NCBI RefSeq assembly: GCF_036321535.1
Contig: NC_087445.1
Coordinates: forward strand, 46,686,001 to 46,750,000
Direction of reading: 5' to 3'
DNA from: Camelus dromedarius
Taxonomy: Eukaryota
Length of the DNA stretch: 64,000 bases
Part shown: positions 34,801-54,400 of the stretch, in pieces
How positions within the stretch are numbered: position 1 is the stretch's first letter
Layout: each line of letters opens with the position of its first letter
Program-made: the position numbers and the translations under genes
The notes under the pieces: generated by a model
What the model saw: the letters and a program-made list of their open reading frames with translations, nothing else
Database searches by the model: none
Told to the model about the DNA's origin: nothing

Positions 34801-37262
34801 CCTGGTTAGGTCAGTTTGCAGAGGAAGAGTAATTCAACCTTGAGTAATAATAGCATAAGATTTTGTGTTCCCCATAGTTCTCAGAGCTGAGGAATGTGGG
34901 ACTAGGGGAACCCACCTCACCTTCAGGCCTCCAGCCATGACCCTAGATATGTATATTCACCTGTCTTGCACTGTCATCTCTTAGGAAGGTCCAGAAGAGA
35001 ACAGCGCCTACGAACAGTTGCTGTCACATTTGGGAGAAATTGCTGAGGAAGGTCAGTTTGTTGATCTGGCCACTACCCCTGACACCCTTGTTCATAAAGA
35101 ATCATTCTTGGGCAGCCTCAGGTCTGAGGGTGGAGAAGTTCTCCCTCTCACAGGGAGGGGGTTGATGTGTGAACTGGCCAACTGTGACCTTGATAACTAT
35201 GAAGCTGCACACAGGCAAACAGGCAAAGGCAAACTGCTGCCCACAGGCTTTATGTCTAAAAAACCAAACAGAAACCAAAGTAAGACAAAAATAGAATAAG
35301 ACCAAACAAATTGTGTTTGGAACTTCAGGGGTTAAGTCTGGAGAGGTAAATTTTTTCTGAGAACTGTATTTCTCCTTCAGAAGCATCAAATACTTATACT
35401 TGTAAACACTATTGTTCTTTTCTTTCTCAGACACTCTAGGTCATTTTAAACCTCACTTAGCCTACTGGATCTTAGGTTTTGCTAAACTAGAGGAATTGTG
35501 CTTTTTGTGTTTTTGGGTCTGTCTTTTAGGCGTGTAAATATTTATTTACAAGTTATTCAACCCATTTTCTCTTTTGATTCACTCTGGGCTTAAATCTGCA
35601 TTCCAACGTGTTATCACAGTGTGCAAAGTAGGAGTGAAGGCTCCGAGGGAGGGCCCAGGGAGCAGTTCTCTCACTCTGTGAGCCCCAAAGCCCTTTACTT
35701 TCTTATGAGTTACGTCTTGTGCAGAGTTATGGGAAGGGATACGTTTAGTGAAGAAGTGGTCTCAGGAAGTTGAGTCAGCTTGGCTTCTGGGAGATGAAAA
35801 TGTATCCCTGTATCCAAAGCTCTGGTGTACTGGGGGGGACAGTCTAGATCAGGCTCCAGCACAGGTCCTCTCCACAGACTCAGAGACCTGGGTCCCAGGA
35901 CTGGACGTATCTGCACTGCTGCCCTCTGACCTCAGCCGCTACTTCCGATATGAGGGGTCTCTCACCACACCCCCCTGTGCCCAGGGAGTCATCTGGACTG
36001 TGTTCAACCAGACAGTAAAGCTGAGTGCTAAGCAGGTGGGGTTGGGGCGTGGTGGTGACATAGGGGGTGAAGGGGATAGGGGGGGTAGAATGAGGTGAGA
36101 AAGAGGAGGCATGAAGAGACATGGGCCGTGTGGGGGATGAGGGGGCAGGGATGGTGGAGCCCTGAGGTGCTGGCTCTGAGTAAGCCTGTGACTCTTGCTT
36201 CTGTGCCATGAGCCCACCCCCACTGTCTGCTGACCTCCATAGCTCCACACCCTCTCTGACTCCCTGTGGGGACCTGACGACTCTCGGCTCCAGCTGAACT
36301 TCCGAGCGACACAGCCTTTGAATGGGCGAATAATTGAGGCTTCCTTCCCTGTCGGAGTGGACAGCAGCCCTAAGACCTTTGAGCCAGGTGCAGCTTTGTC
36401 TGCTGTCCCATACTGCTGTGTCTCCCCAGCCACAGGTCCCTCATCTTCCCATGTGTCCTCATTTGTCTGTCACTGGTGGTCATAGCCCCCAGCTCTAATG
36501 TCTCCTTTTTCTCTTCAGTCCACCTGAATTCCTGTCTCGCTGCTGGTGAGTCTGTGTCCCTCCTCTGGCTCCTGAGGCTGGGGACACCCCTTGGCACCGT
36601 TCAGCCCCAGGGGCTAGTCAGGACCACCACTGCTACCTCTCCATTTCTGTAGAACAGACCTCCAACCCCAGTAGGATAGTGTGAGATCAAGGTGGGGGGT
36701 TCCCCTGTGGTCCCCAGGGCAAGAGTTGATCAGAATGAAATCTCCTAACATCCTCCTTCCCAAACAACTTTTTACTTCACTTTTAGGGAGGGAAAAATAT
36801 GCTTATCTTACTTACCCTTTCTTGTGTATCCACCCCCATCCCTTTGCTGGCCTCTGCTGGATTCTGAGACACTGGGGGCAGCTGGAGAACTTGGGGCAGG
36901 GTAGGGGATAGGCGGAAGCAGGCTCTGAAGGAACCCTACAGATTCCACTTCCTGAGGCAGCCTCTTTCCTCCTCCCTCCAGGTGACATCCTGGCCCTGGT
37001 TTTTGGCCTCCTCTTTGCTGTTACCGGCATTGCCTTCCTTGTGCAAATGAGAAGGCAGCAAAGGTATTACACAGACCCTCTCGCTCAGGCACAGCCCCCA
37101 CCTCCCCACATGGAGTCCAGAACAGCTTCATGCAAATTATATGCAAATGAGCTCATCCCTGGTGAGATTTCTCATTAAGTCTCCCTGTTGTGTAGACACC
37201 CAAGTGGGACCAAAGGGAATGTTAGCTACCACCCAGCAGAAGTCACTGAGACTGTTGCCTAG
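31806..37262 (+). CDS. CA9: Carbonic anhydrase IX, 11 exons, 440 aa
   Basis: Exons 31806-32145, 32993-33022, 33280-33450, 33602-33744, 33826-33918, 34985-35051, 35878-36035, 36243-36387, 36519-36545, 36982-37063, 37196-37262 (1323 nt). PG domain, QSPVDI, NNGHT, Zn ligands HLHW and [17 protein letters not shown] sequon, [14 protein letters not shown]. Confidence 0.97.
34020..34330 (-). mobile_element. L2 3' fragment in CA9 intron 5
   Basis: ttcattcaac..gagccaggcactg..gggaaggcctcacagaggtga. Confidence 0.6.
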
Positions 37263-37379
37263 AGGCATGCAACTTGGAGAATGTGCAGAGAAGCCAGCCA
37301 GAGGAATCTGAGGGGGAGCTGGAGACTTTGTCCTGCCTATTACACTACTTCCTTTTTAAATCTCCAAAGATATTTTTAA

Positions 37380-37398
37380 AATAAACATTTCTAATAAA
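37380..37398 (+). terminator. CA9: CA9 polyadenylation signals (two AATAAA)
   Basis: AATAAA at 37380-37385 and 37393-37398. Confidence 0.8.
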
Positions 37399-37439
37399 AT
37401 ATGTGGGAGGCACTCTTGTTCCCCAAATCAAAAGGATGG

Positions 37440-37887
37440 TGTATTCATTTCCTATTGCTGCTGTAACAAATGACCATAAGCTTAATGGTAATGGAAATTT
37501 ATGAACTGAGAGTTCTGGAGGTCAGAAGTCCAGAATGAATGTTATGGGCCAAAGTCAAGGTGTTGGCAGAGCTCCTTCCTTCTGGACACTCTTGAGGGGA
37601 GAGTATTTTCTTGCCTTTTTCAGCTTCTAGAAGTCAAGCGTTCCCTGGCTTGTGGCCCCTTCCTTGCATCACCCCAATCTCTTGCTTCCATTGTCTACAA
37701 CTGCCTTTGACCTTGCCTCCCTCTTATAAGGACCCTTGTACTTATGTTGGGCCAACCCAGTTAACCTAGAATAACGTCCCCATCTCAAAATCCTTAGCTT
37801 AATCACAAGGTCCTTTTTCTCATGTAAAGTAACGTTTCACAGGATTAGGGTATATCTTTGGTGGAGGGGATACGATTCTGCCTAATG
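37440..37887 (-). mobile_element. MaLR solo LTR (MLT1B/C-like, antisense)
   Basis: tgtattcatttcctattgctgctgtaacaaa..gttctggaggtcagaagtcc..ctcttataaggaccc. Confidence 0.8.
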
Positions 37888-37936
37888 AAGACATTATCAG
37901 TAAGTGGACAGAAATTGTTGATAGTGTTGGAATGGC

Positions 37937-37956
37937 TGTGTGTGTGTGTGTGTGTG
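37937..37956. repeat. (TG)10 microsatellite
   Basis: Directly visible. Confidence 0.9.
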
Positions 37957-38420
37957 TATGTATCTAGGTTTGGGGCAGGATCAGCCTCTAGGCTTACAAT
38001 CACATTGAGGCTTTTCGGCTTTCACCCTGCTCAAGTAAATCTGTGTAGCTTTGCGGTTTTGGTTTCAGATTGTGTTGTCTGGCCCAGCTGCCTGCTGGAA
38101 TGGGGCAGTGCCGCTGACTGCAGCTCCTCTGTTCTGCAGAGAGTGAGGGCCTAAATGTTCCCCCAGCCCTGCCAGGTTTCTCTCCTTCACACAGCCTGCT
38201 CACAACCCCTCCTGAGCCCAGCGCCGCCAGCCCTTGGCTCCTGTAGAAAAGGAAGTCCTGTTGCAGGGCTTGGACCCAGGCCCTGCTCACTCAGGGGCTC
38301 TTCCTAAGCTGCTGTTCCCCTCAGGCATTCTCTCAGCCTTCTGCATTTTGGAAAACTACCCCCACCATCACCAATACCAAAGAAAGGCTTAAAGGGCCCC
38401 GTGATGCTGTTAACATCAGT

Positions 38421-38426
38421 TTTATT
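38421..38426 (-). terminator. TPM2: TPM2 exon 9d polyadenylation signal
   Basis: tttatt on + strand 45 nt past the 9d stop. Confidence 0.8.
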
Positions 38427-38470
38427 GGTTAGGGCTGCATCTACAGCCTGGCTGGGGGCAGGGCCAGCCC

Positions 38471-47100
<8,630 letters not shown>

Positions 47101-47639
47101 AGAGCCGCCTCTGACGGGGGTGGGGGATTGAGAGAGTAGGAGAGAGGAGGCGGAAGAAGCCTTGCTCCCCTGGGGCAGAGGGATGGGAGGCCTGACTTTT
47201 GCTTGTGGGGTGGGAATCGTGGGAACCGTGGGCCCAAGGCCGGGGGAGGTAGGGGCACAGAATGTATTTAGATCTGCTTAGCTGACTGCTACTACACATA
47301 GAACAAACCTACCTCGCAGTGTTGGGTCTGTCTCCCTGTTTTTTTCCCTAACTTGTGAAAGATACTTGCATCCATCTCATACTCAGTGCCAGACCCCTGG
47401 GGGTTAGTTAAGATCTCCTCTGTCCCTCACTTCCAACATCCACTTAATCCTGTAGGTTCTACTTCCCACAAATGAGGTTCCTCCTCCAAGTCTCTGGGGT
47501 TGCCTTGGGTAGCTCCTTATATTACCTTCTGCCTGGGTCTGTGGTGGTTGGTGGTCTTACTCCTGGTTCCCCAACTCTCCTGGACATCGTTACACAAAGA
47601 TATTTTTGAAGTTAGTGCAAATAGAACCCTAAAATCCTC

Positions 47640-48240
47640 CAAAACCCCTCCCTTCACTCTTGCTCTTTTGAGGATAAAAATCCACATTTCTTAATATGGT
47701 ATTAGATAAGGCCCTTTGTTTTGGCCCCTGCCTACCTCTCTAGCTTTACCTCCTTTCATTTCCAGCTTCACCTCCTTTCATTTCCAGCTTCACCCCCAGT
47801 ACACAGACTTGCCCTTCAAGCAGCATTCATACTAAGCTAAGCGCAGGAGCTAGAAATCACCATGCTTTTCTCAGAGCTTCCACCTTTTATGCATTCTGTT
47901 CTCTATGGCTAAAATGCTCTTCCTTGGCTGATTCCTGGTGGCTGTAAAGACCCAGACCAAGTGTCAGCTTTTCTGGGAAGCAGTCCCTGGCCACTTCCCC
48001 TCCTACCCTCTCCACCTAATATAGGTACATGATCTTGGTGCAAGCTCCTAACATTCTCATCATAGTCCCTGTTATAACTGTCCTTGTACCTGATTGCCTC
48101 CTCCACTGGTCTGTGAATCCTCCAGAACAGGGATTGTTTTTCAATTCTGAATCCCCAATGCCTAGCGTAGCATCAGGTATAGAGTTGGCACTTGATAAAC
48201 ATTTGCTGGGAGATTTTTTTTGTGCACCAGGTTCAGGATG
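47640..48240 (+). mobile_element. L2 LINE 3' region
   Basis: cccctgcctacctctctagc..ccttggctgattcc..cctagcgtagcatcaggtatagagttggcacttgataaacatttgctgg. Confidence 0.65.
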
Positions 48241-48283
48241 CACAAAGATACTATGTGGATCTAGTGAAATTCATGGTCTAGTG

Positions 48284-49658
48284 GGGCAATTCTCAAAGTT
48301 TTTGGTCTTAGAACCCCTTACACATTTAAGAACTAAGAATGGGGTTTGAAATCCAAAAAGCTTTTGTTGGAGTGGGTTATATCTATCAACACTTACCATA
48401 TTAAAATGGAAACTGAGAAAAAATTTAAATATTTATTAATTCATTAAAAATGACAGAAACAAACCCATTATACATTACCATGTTAACATTTTTAATGAAA
48501 AATAACTATATTCACCTCCCCAAATTAGAGCATGGTAGTGATTTTACATTTTTGCAAATCTCTTTAATATCTGGCTTAATAGAGGACAGCTGGGTTCTCA
48601 AAATCTACGTGTGCTTTCAGTCTGTTGCTATGTGTTGGTTTGTTTGAGGTATTATACAGGAAGAAAATCTAGTCTCACACAGGTAAGTAATTGGAAAAGA
48701 AAACAGTATACTGCTGACCCTTGAACAAGGCAGGGGTCTGTGAAGTTGAAAATCTGTAACTTATAGTCAGCCTTCTGTATGCATGGCTCTTCCGTATGCC
48801 TGTCTATATCACGCTTCGTTTGGCTTTTCTACCCAGGGATAATTTTGTAACATCATGCATCAATCATTCAGAAAATATTGATTCACTGAGCTATGAGATA
48901 TTCCAAATGTCAACACGTTTCATTATATATTATTAAAAGAATCATGATGGTTTCAACAGAAAAGTTGAAGTTTCGGGAAGCTGTAAAGCTCATAGTGGCA
49001 GATACAAGTTGGCGAAAATTCTAATCTTCACTTGAAAGCTCACATTGTATCATTGGCAACAAATGCTGTCAGGTTCTTCCCTGAAGTGACAGACTCTGTT
49101 CCTTTTTGAGAAAAGATCTGCGGATACCCAAGTCTGATAACCATGGTTTGTGTGTTTGTCATTCCTCCAAGTAAATGTGTCGCTCCATGAAAAAGCAGCT
49201 TGTTCAGCTCACAACTCAAAGCACCATCTAAGTGCTTTCCTTGAGACACCATCACACTTCAGTGGACAGCAGAAGTGTGCCATGCATTCTTCCCAGTTCA
49301 TCACACAGAATAGTGAAAAGACTTGTTACTAAAGGGTTAAGATTTAATAAAGTTAGTAATTTTTTTTACTGCTTCATCGAGAACATTCTTAAGTGAAGCC
49401 AGCATTTACTTCTTAAATTGCTAGTGTGTGGTGGTGAAGACTACAATGACTGAATACAGTTTGGGCCACGGCCTTGATTTGTACTAAGGCACTTTTACCC
49501 ACTAATGTTTTCACACTGTCAGTGCAAATATTGACACTGTGAAAAAGGAAAATAATGTCTTAGTACTATTATGAAAATGACCTTGACCTTATGGACCCCT
49601 GAAGGCTCTTGGGAACCTCCAGGGCACTGAAGAGCCAACCGCATTTTAAGAACTGCTG
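48284..49658. mobile_element. Charlie1a-type hAT transposon with nested Tigger-like fragment (about 48705-48800)
   Basis: Degenerate TIRs gggcaattctcaaa / tttaagaactgctg; 8-bp TSD GTCTAGTG (48276-48283) / GTCTAATG (49659-49666). Confidence 0.8.
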
Positions 49659-50412
49659 GTCTAATGGGTATTCGAAGAAGGCTCCCAGCTCCCCAAGGCA
49701 TCACTAGCAAGAGGTCCGTGATTGGTCACAGTTCCTGAGGACATGGCAGGGAAGTGGTAGCAGGAGTAAGCAGCTGTCTTGGGCTTATAGCTGGAGGCGT
49801 TCAAACAGTCTGGACTACCACTTGTTGGGGAAGCTGTAAAAGGATTTGATCTCTAAAGTCCTCAATGATGCTAGGACATTGAATCTGGGGTTGGAGGCCA
49901 CAGCAGTATGTACTGGAGTTGCCAGCCTGAGTCAGAGGTGATAGTACATCTCTTTTCCCATGCTAGGCATAGACATGGCTTAGTAAATATTGAAAAAATT
50001 AACCACAGGTGACAGGAATGATGGTAGAAAATTGGCACCTTCCCTAACAGACTGCCCTGGGGAGGACAAAGTAATTCTGTCTACTTTAAACTCACTCTAA
50101 TGGGGTGGGAGTAGCAGATGTCATGACTTCAAGGTGACGGAAGGTGACAGAGTAGCAACAGATGGGTGTTGTTTGTGTTCTACTTGGAGGGAGAAGCAAG
50201 GAAATAACATACCAGGCCACAGGGCTGGTTAAAGAATCATGCATGAAAATAGTGGCAGATCTGAGAGGTCTGCCAGGTGGTCCACACAGCATGGGCAGAG
50301 GGCGTGAATGCAGGAGGAAGTGGAAGCACACAGCCCCTGCCTCCCTGACCACCTTCCTCCACTCTACCTCCAAGTAAGCAGGGCGGCTGGAACAAGGCTG
50401 CCAGCACCTGCC

Positions 50413-50431
50413 TGGCCACTAGGGGGCGCAC
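50413..50431 (+). promoter_or_regulatory. Consensus CTCF binding motif
   Basis: TGGCCACTAGGGGGCGCAC matches the CCAC(T/C)AG(G/A)(G/T)GGC(G/A)C core. Confidence 0.75.
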
Positions 50432-51035
50432 TGGCCCCCTGACTATTTAGCCTCACACCTCAGTTCTTTTTCTCCTAGTGCTGTTCTAGGCAGGAGTAGC
50501 AGCAAGGGGCAGGGGGCTAGAAGTGCCCAACCTGGTCAACAGTGGACCCTACCAGAGGGAGCACAGGTTGGACTTTTGCTTGTTAACTGCCTCGACCAAA
50601 TCTGTCGCCACAGTTCTCTTAGGCTCAGACACTTGGATCCATAGGCTTACTATTTTCAGTAAAGCTGCTTTTGAAAATTTGGATTTGGCCAGGGACTGGA
50701 TTTGTTCACATACCCTGAGCAGTGATGAAGAACACAGTGTCCTGGTAGCCACAAAGAGCACTGGCAGCTGCTGTCCCAGCAACAGAAGAATGACACTTGG
50801 TGAGGCGTAGGTGCTGGCTAGTGAGCTAGGGGATGACAGAAGTATGGCTTCTTGGGGACAGTGTCCCAACTAGGATGACTTTAGGGATCTGGGTGCAAGT
50901 AGGAGGAAGGGGCCCCTCCATCTCAGAGCCAGATCAAGCAGGGTAACAGAACTCAGTCCCATTCTTTCCTCCACAGCCCTGGGGAACTCTCCCACCTCCT
51001 CATGAAGCCAGGCGGAGGCTGCAGGCAGAATCACC

Positions 51036-51041
51036 TTTATT
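51036..51041 (-). terminator. TLN1: TLN1 polyadenylation signal AATAAA
   Basis: tttatt on + strand about 420 nt past the stop. Confidence 0.8.
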
Positions 51042-51463
51042 GGAGTATGGCCTGTTGGGGCTTACACCCTCATGACCCCCACAGGTGGGTGGGGATGGGG
51101 GTAGATAGTATAAAAAAGGATGAGTAGAGCGGAGGCTGTGGGGACTGGCTGGAAGCTGCTGGCCGGGTGCAGCGGGCTGGGGCCCTGGCAGGTTCAGACT
51201 GAGGTACAGCAGCGTTAATAATACTCTTGGAGCGTTAATACTCTGGGAGGGGTAGGCACTTCGGGGGCCCTAGGGCATGAAGGCACTTGGAGTCAGGAAG
51301 GGACAGGGGATGTGCAGCAGGACTGGGCAGGGCCAGGCCCGGGGTTTGGCAGGCACTTTGGGGAGTACTGGGGTTGGGCAGGCTGGGCCCGACAGCCCAG
51401 AAGGCTTTGGTAGTGGCAGGCACAGTCTCTGGGCTGGGTCTGCGTTAAATAGAAGCGGCTGCC

Positions 51464-54400
51464 CTAGTGCTCATCTCGAAGCTCTGAAGGCAGAAACTTG
51501 TACTGCTGCTGCCGGATCTGCGCCAACTTCTTCCGTGCCTCTTCCAGCTCTCGTTCCTTCCGAAGCATCTCTTCCTGGGCGGCAATGATCTGAGGGACGG
51601 AGACAGGGAACTCAGTTCAGTAAGCACGTGCATTAGGGTTTAGGGTGGGTGGGACCAGCACGGGCTTTGTGACTGCCCTGCTGATGTGTCCCTCAGAGTG
51701 TCTGGGGCAGAGCTCACCTGGGCAATGCCCCCAACCATCTTCTCCTTCACTACCACTGTCTCATTCTCCTGGTCTTCAAAGGCTGCAGCCTTTTGTGCTG
51801 CCTTCACCAGGTTATCCGAGGCTCGCTTCACTGCGTTGCCAGCAGCCTGGGCAGAGAGAAGGCAGCATGAATTCAGAATCCAGGTTGGGCCCCAGCTAAG
51901 AGAGTCCCTCGACTCTGTCACAGAAAGCTTGTCTTGGGGGTGACAGTTTAAAGCAGCACAGCTCGAGGTACAATGGATGGGTCAGAATTCCTCACCTGAA
52001 GCCGTTTCATTGCCTCAGAGTCCTGGTCAGCCTTGACTTTGCAGGCCACGAGGAGCTGGGCTGTGGAGGCAGCGACCTGCTTGGCTGATGAGATGAGCTT
52101 CTCCTGGCTGGCATGGCCTTGTACAGCTGCATTGGCTGCCTCACACAGATTGTTGGTGGCTGCAGCCACCATCCGAGCCTAAAGCAGGGAGATTAGATTA
52201 AAATACGCCTCTTGCCCTGGTCCATGCCCTCTCCAGCCTTCTCAAGTCTCTTAAGCTCAGAGGCATCTAGCGGAAGTTGTACACTCACAGCAGAAATAAG
52301 GCCCTGGGACCACTGCCCATCATCCAGTGCATTGGCTGGAATGGCGCCCACCTGTGGAGGAAGGAGGGGAGCCTGCTTAGACCTGTGCTCTCTGCAGGTC
52401 CTAAGAGCCTCCTGGCGACAATACAAAGCTGCTCCTCTCCCCATTCTTCTGGGTATCTTAAGTCCTTACCTTCCCTTGGGCCACCAGTTCCCTCTGGGCA
52501 GCTGATGCAGCCTTCACCAGGGCACTGGTGGCTGCGGCAATGGATTTGGCAGCTTCCAATATCTGCTCCTCAAAGTTCAAGGATTCGTCTGCCTCCTGCA
52601 AAGAAGACACAAAGGTTGCAGAGACAGATGTGAAGTAAAAGGGGCTGGAGGTGGTGACGTTCTGCCATTCTGAGGGTAGGGAAAAGGGAGGGAGCAGGAC
52701 TGACCTTGGGTTTGGCCCGGGGCTTCAGCTGCTCCAGCTTTTTGGCAGCAGCCTCAATGGCAGCCGCAGCTCCCAGCAGCTCATTCTCAGCGATGACTGT
52801 GGGGTCCTCTGGGTCCACCCATTCTGTTCCTGGGGGGAGGGAGGGGGGAAGGAGGGGGCTAAGGCAGAGCAGGGAGGTCAGGAGCACTGGGCAGCATGGT
52901 TATGATCACTAGGGCCCTGGCACCTGTGGGGACTGCGAGCAGAGGCGAGCTCAGGGCAGATAACCCAGAAGCAGAGACTTCCCCAGGACAAGGGTTTCCC
53001 TTCCCTTCCCTCCCTGCCCTGGTCCCTCCTCACCCTTCATGGCCTCAGCAGCCTGGATTAGCTCAGTGACTGAACCAGCCACACGCTTTGAGTGACCTGT
53101 CAATTGCTGCTTCAACTCTGGGCTTGGCTTCTGCAGGGTCTGGGGAAGACGGGAAGGGAGCAGAGGGCATCAGGCCTTAGCTTCTACCTTGATCTCTGAA
53201 ATAATAGGGCAGACTACAGTCCCCTGCCGACCCCATCCCTGGACTACTCCAGAACACAGCCTCAAACACCACATGGCCTATGCCAGTGCACTCGGGTATC
53301 ACACTGCACGCATGGGAAGACAGCGGGGCTGTATGTCACTCACCGGCTGACAATGAGTAAGGAGTATGATGAAATGAGAAGAAAGAGATGACAAAGGAGA
53401 GAAGTAGGAGGTCAGGTGGGAAGAGAGGAGATAAGAAAAAGAGGAAGAGGTGAGTGGGAGAACCAAAGATGCTAAGAATGATGGGGCCCCAGTGAAAGGG
53501 AGGCTGGGAAATAAGAACAGATTGGGGAATAGATGGTGGGGTAGGGAGATCTGAACCAAATATCAGAGAGCTGGGTCTGAGGCTTATGGGAGAGGACTGT
53601 ATATTCAGGAAGGCTGGTATGAGGAGCAGACAACTCCTGCCTTACCAGCAGCACATGGTCCAGCAGTTCCAGGTAGCCATTGGCACACTCCCGGCCATAG
53701 TGCAGTGCTCGAAGCCGCACATCAGGGGCCACTTCTGGGTGGTAGGCTGCTTCCTATACACAGAGAAACATGTTAGCCGGAGGACCCCAAAGAGCTCCCA
53801 GTCCCCCAAGCCCCTCAGTTTCTCCCTACCATGTTCTACCCTAAAGCTGCCTCAAGGCCTCAAACTTCTGCCTCACCACCAGTACTTCTACCTTGCAAGC
53901 CCGAAGCATATCTGCAATAGCACGACGACTTAGATTTGCTGTGGCAATGACATCTTCCTGGCGGCAGGAGTTCCCGGCAGCAACGGCCTTGGCTGTTGCC
54001 ATGGTGATACCCTTGGTCATGCGGATGAAGTCTTCTGGGGTAGAGGTCTTGGCAGGTGGCTCTGGGGAACAGAAGACCTGTTGCGGCAGAAGAAGAAAAA
54101 TTCCACAGTGAGTGAGGCTGTAACACAGTGCAGCACTCGTGTGATTTGGTTCACTCGTCCGTAAGTTCATTCAACAAGCATTCACTAGTGAATTTATTGT
54201 AGGTGAAGGGTTTGGAGAAGTTCACACATTGACAGGTAATATAAAAGAAGGTAGCTGGTCATCATTTCTGACTGCAGTGATTGGGGAAAGTTTATTTGTT
54301 TGAAATTAAAGAAGTAACTTTGAACTGCGTTTTTATTCCTAAACTATAGAGAAGCCTTGATGGGGTGAGTGGTAAAGGTGGGGCAAGGATCTGGGTCTTA

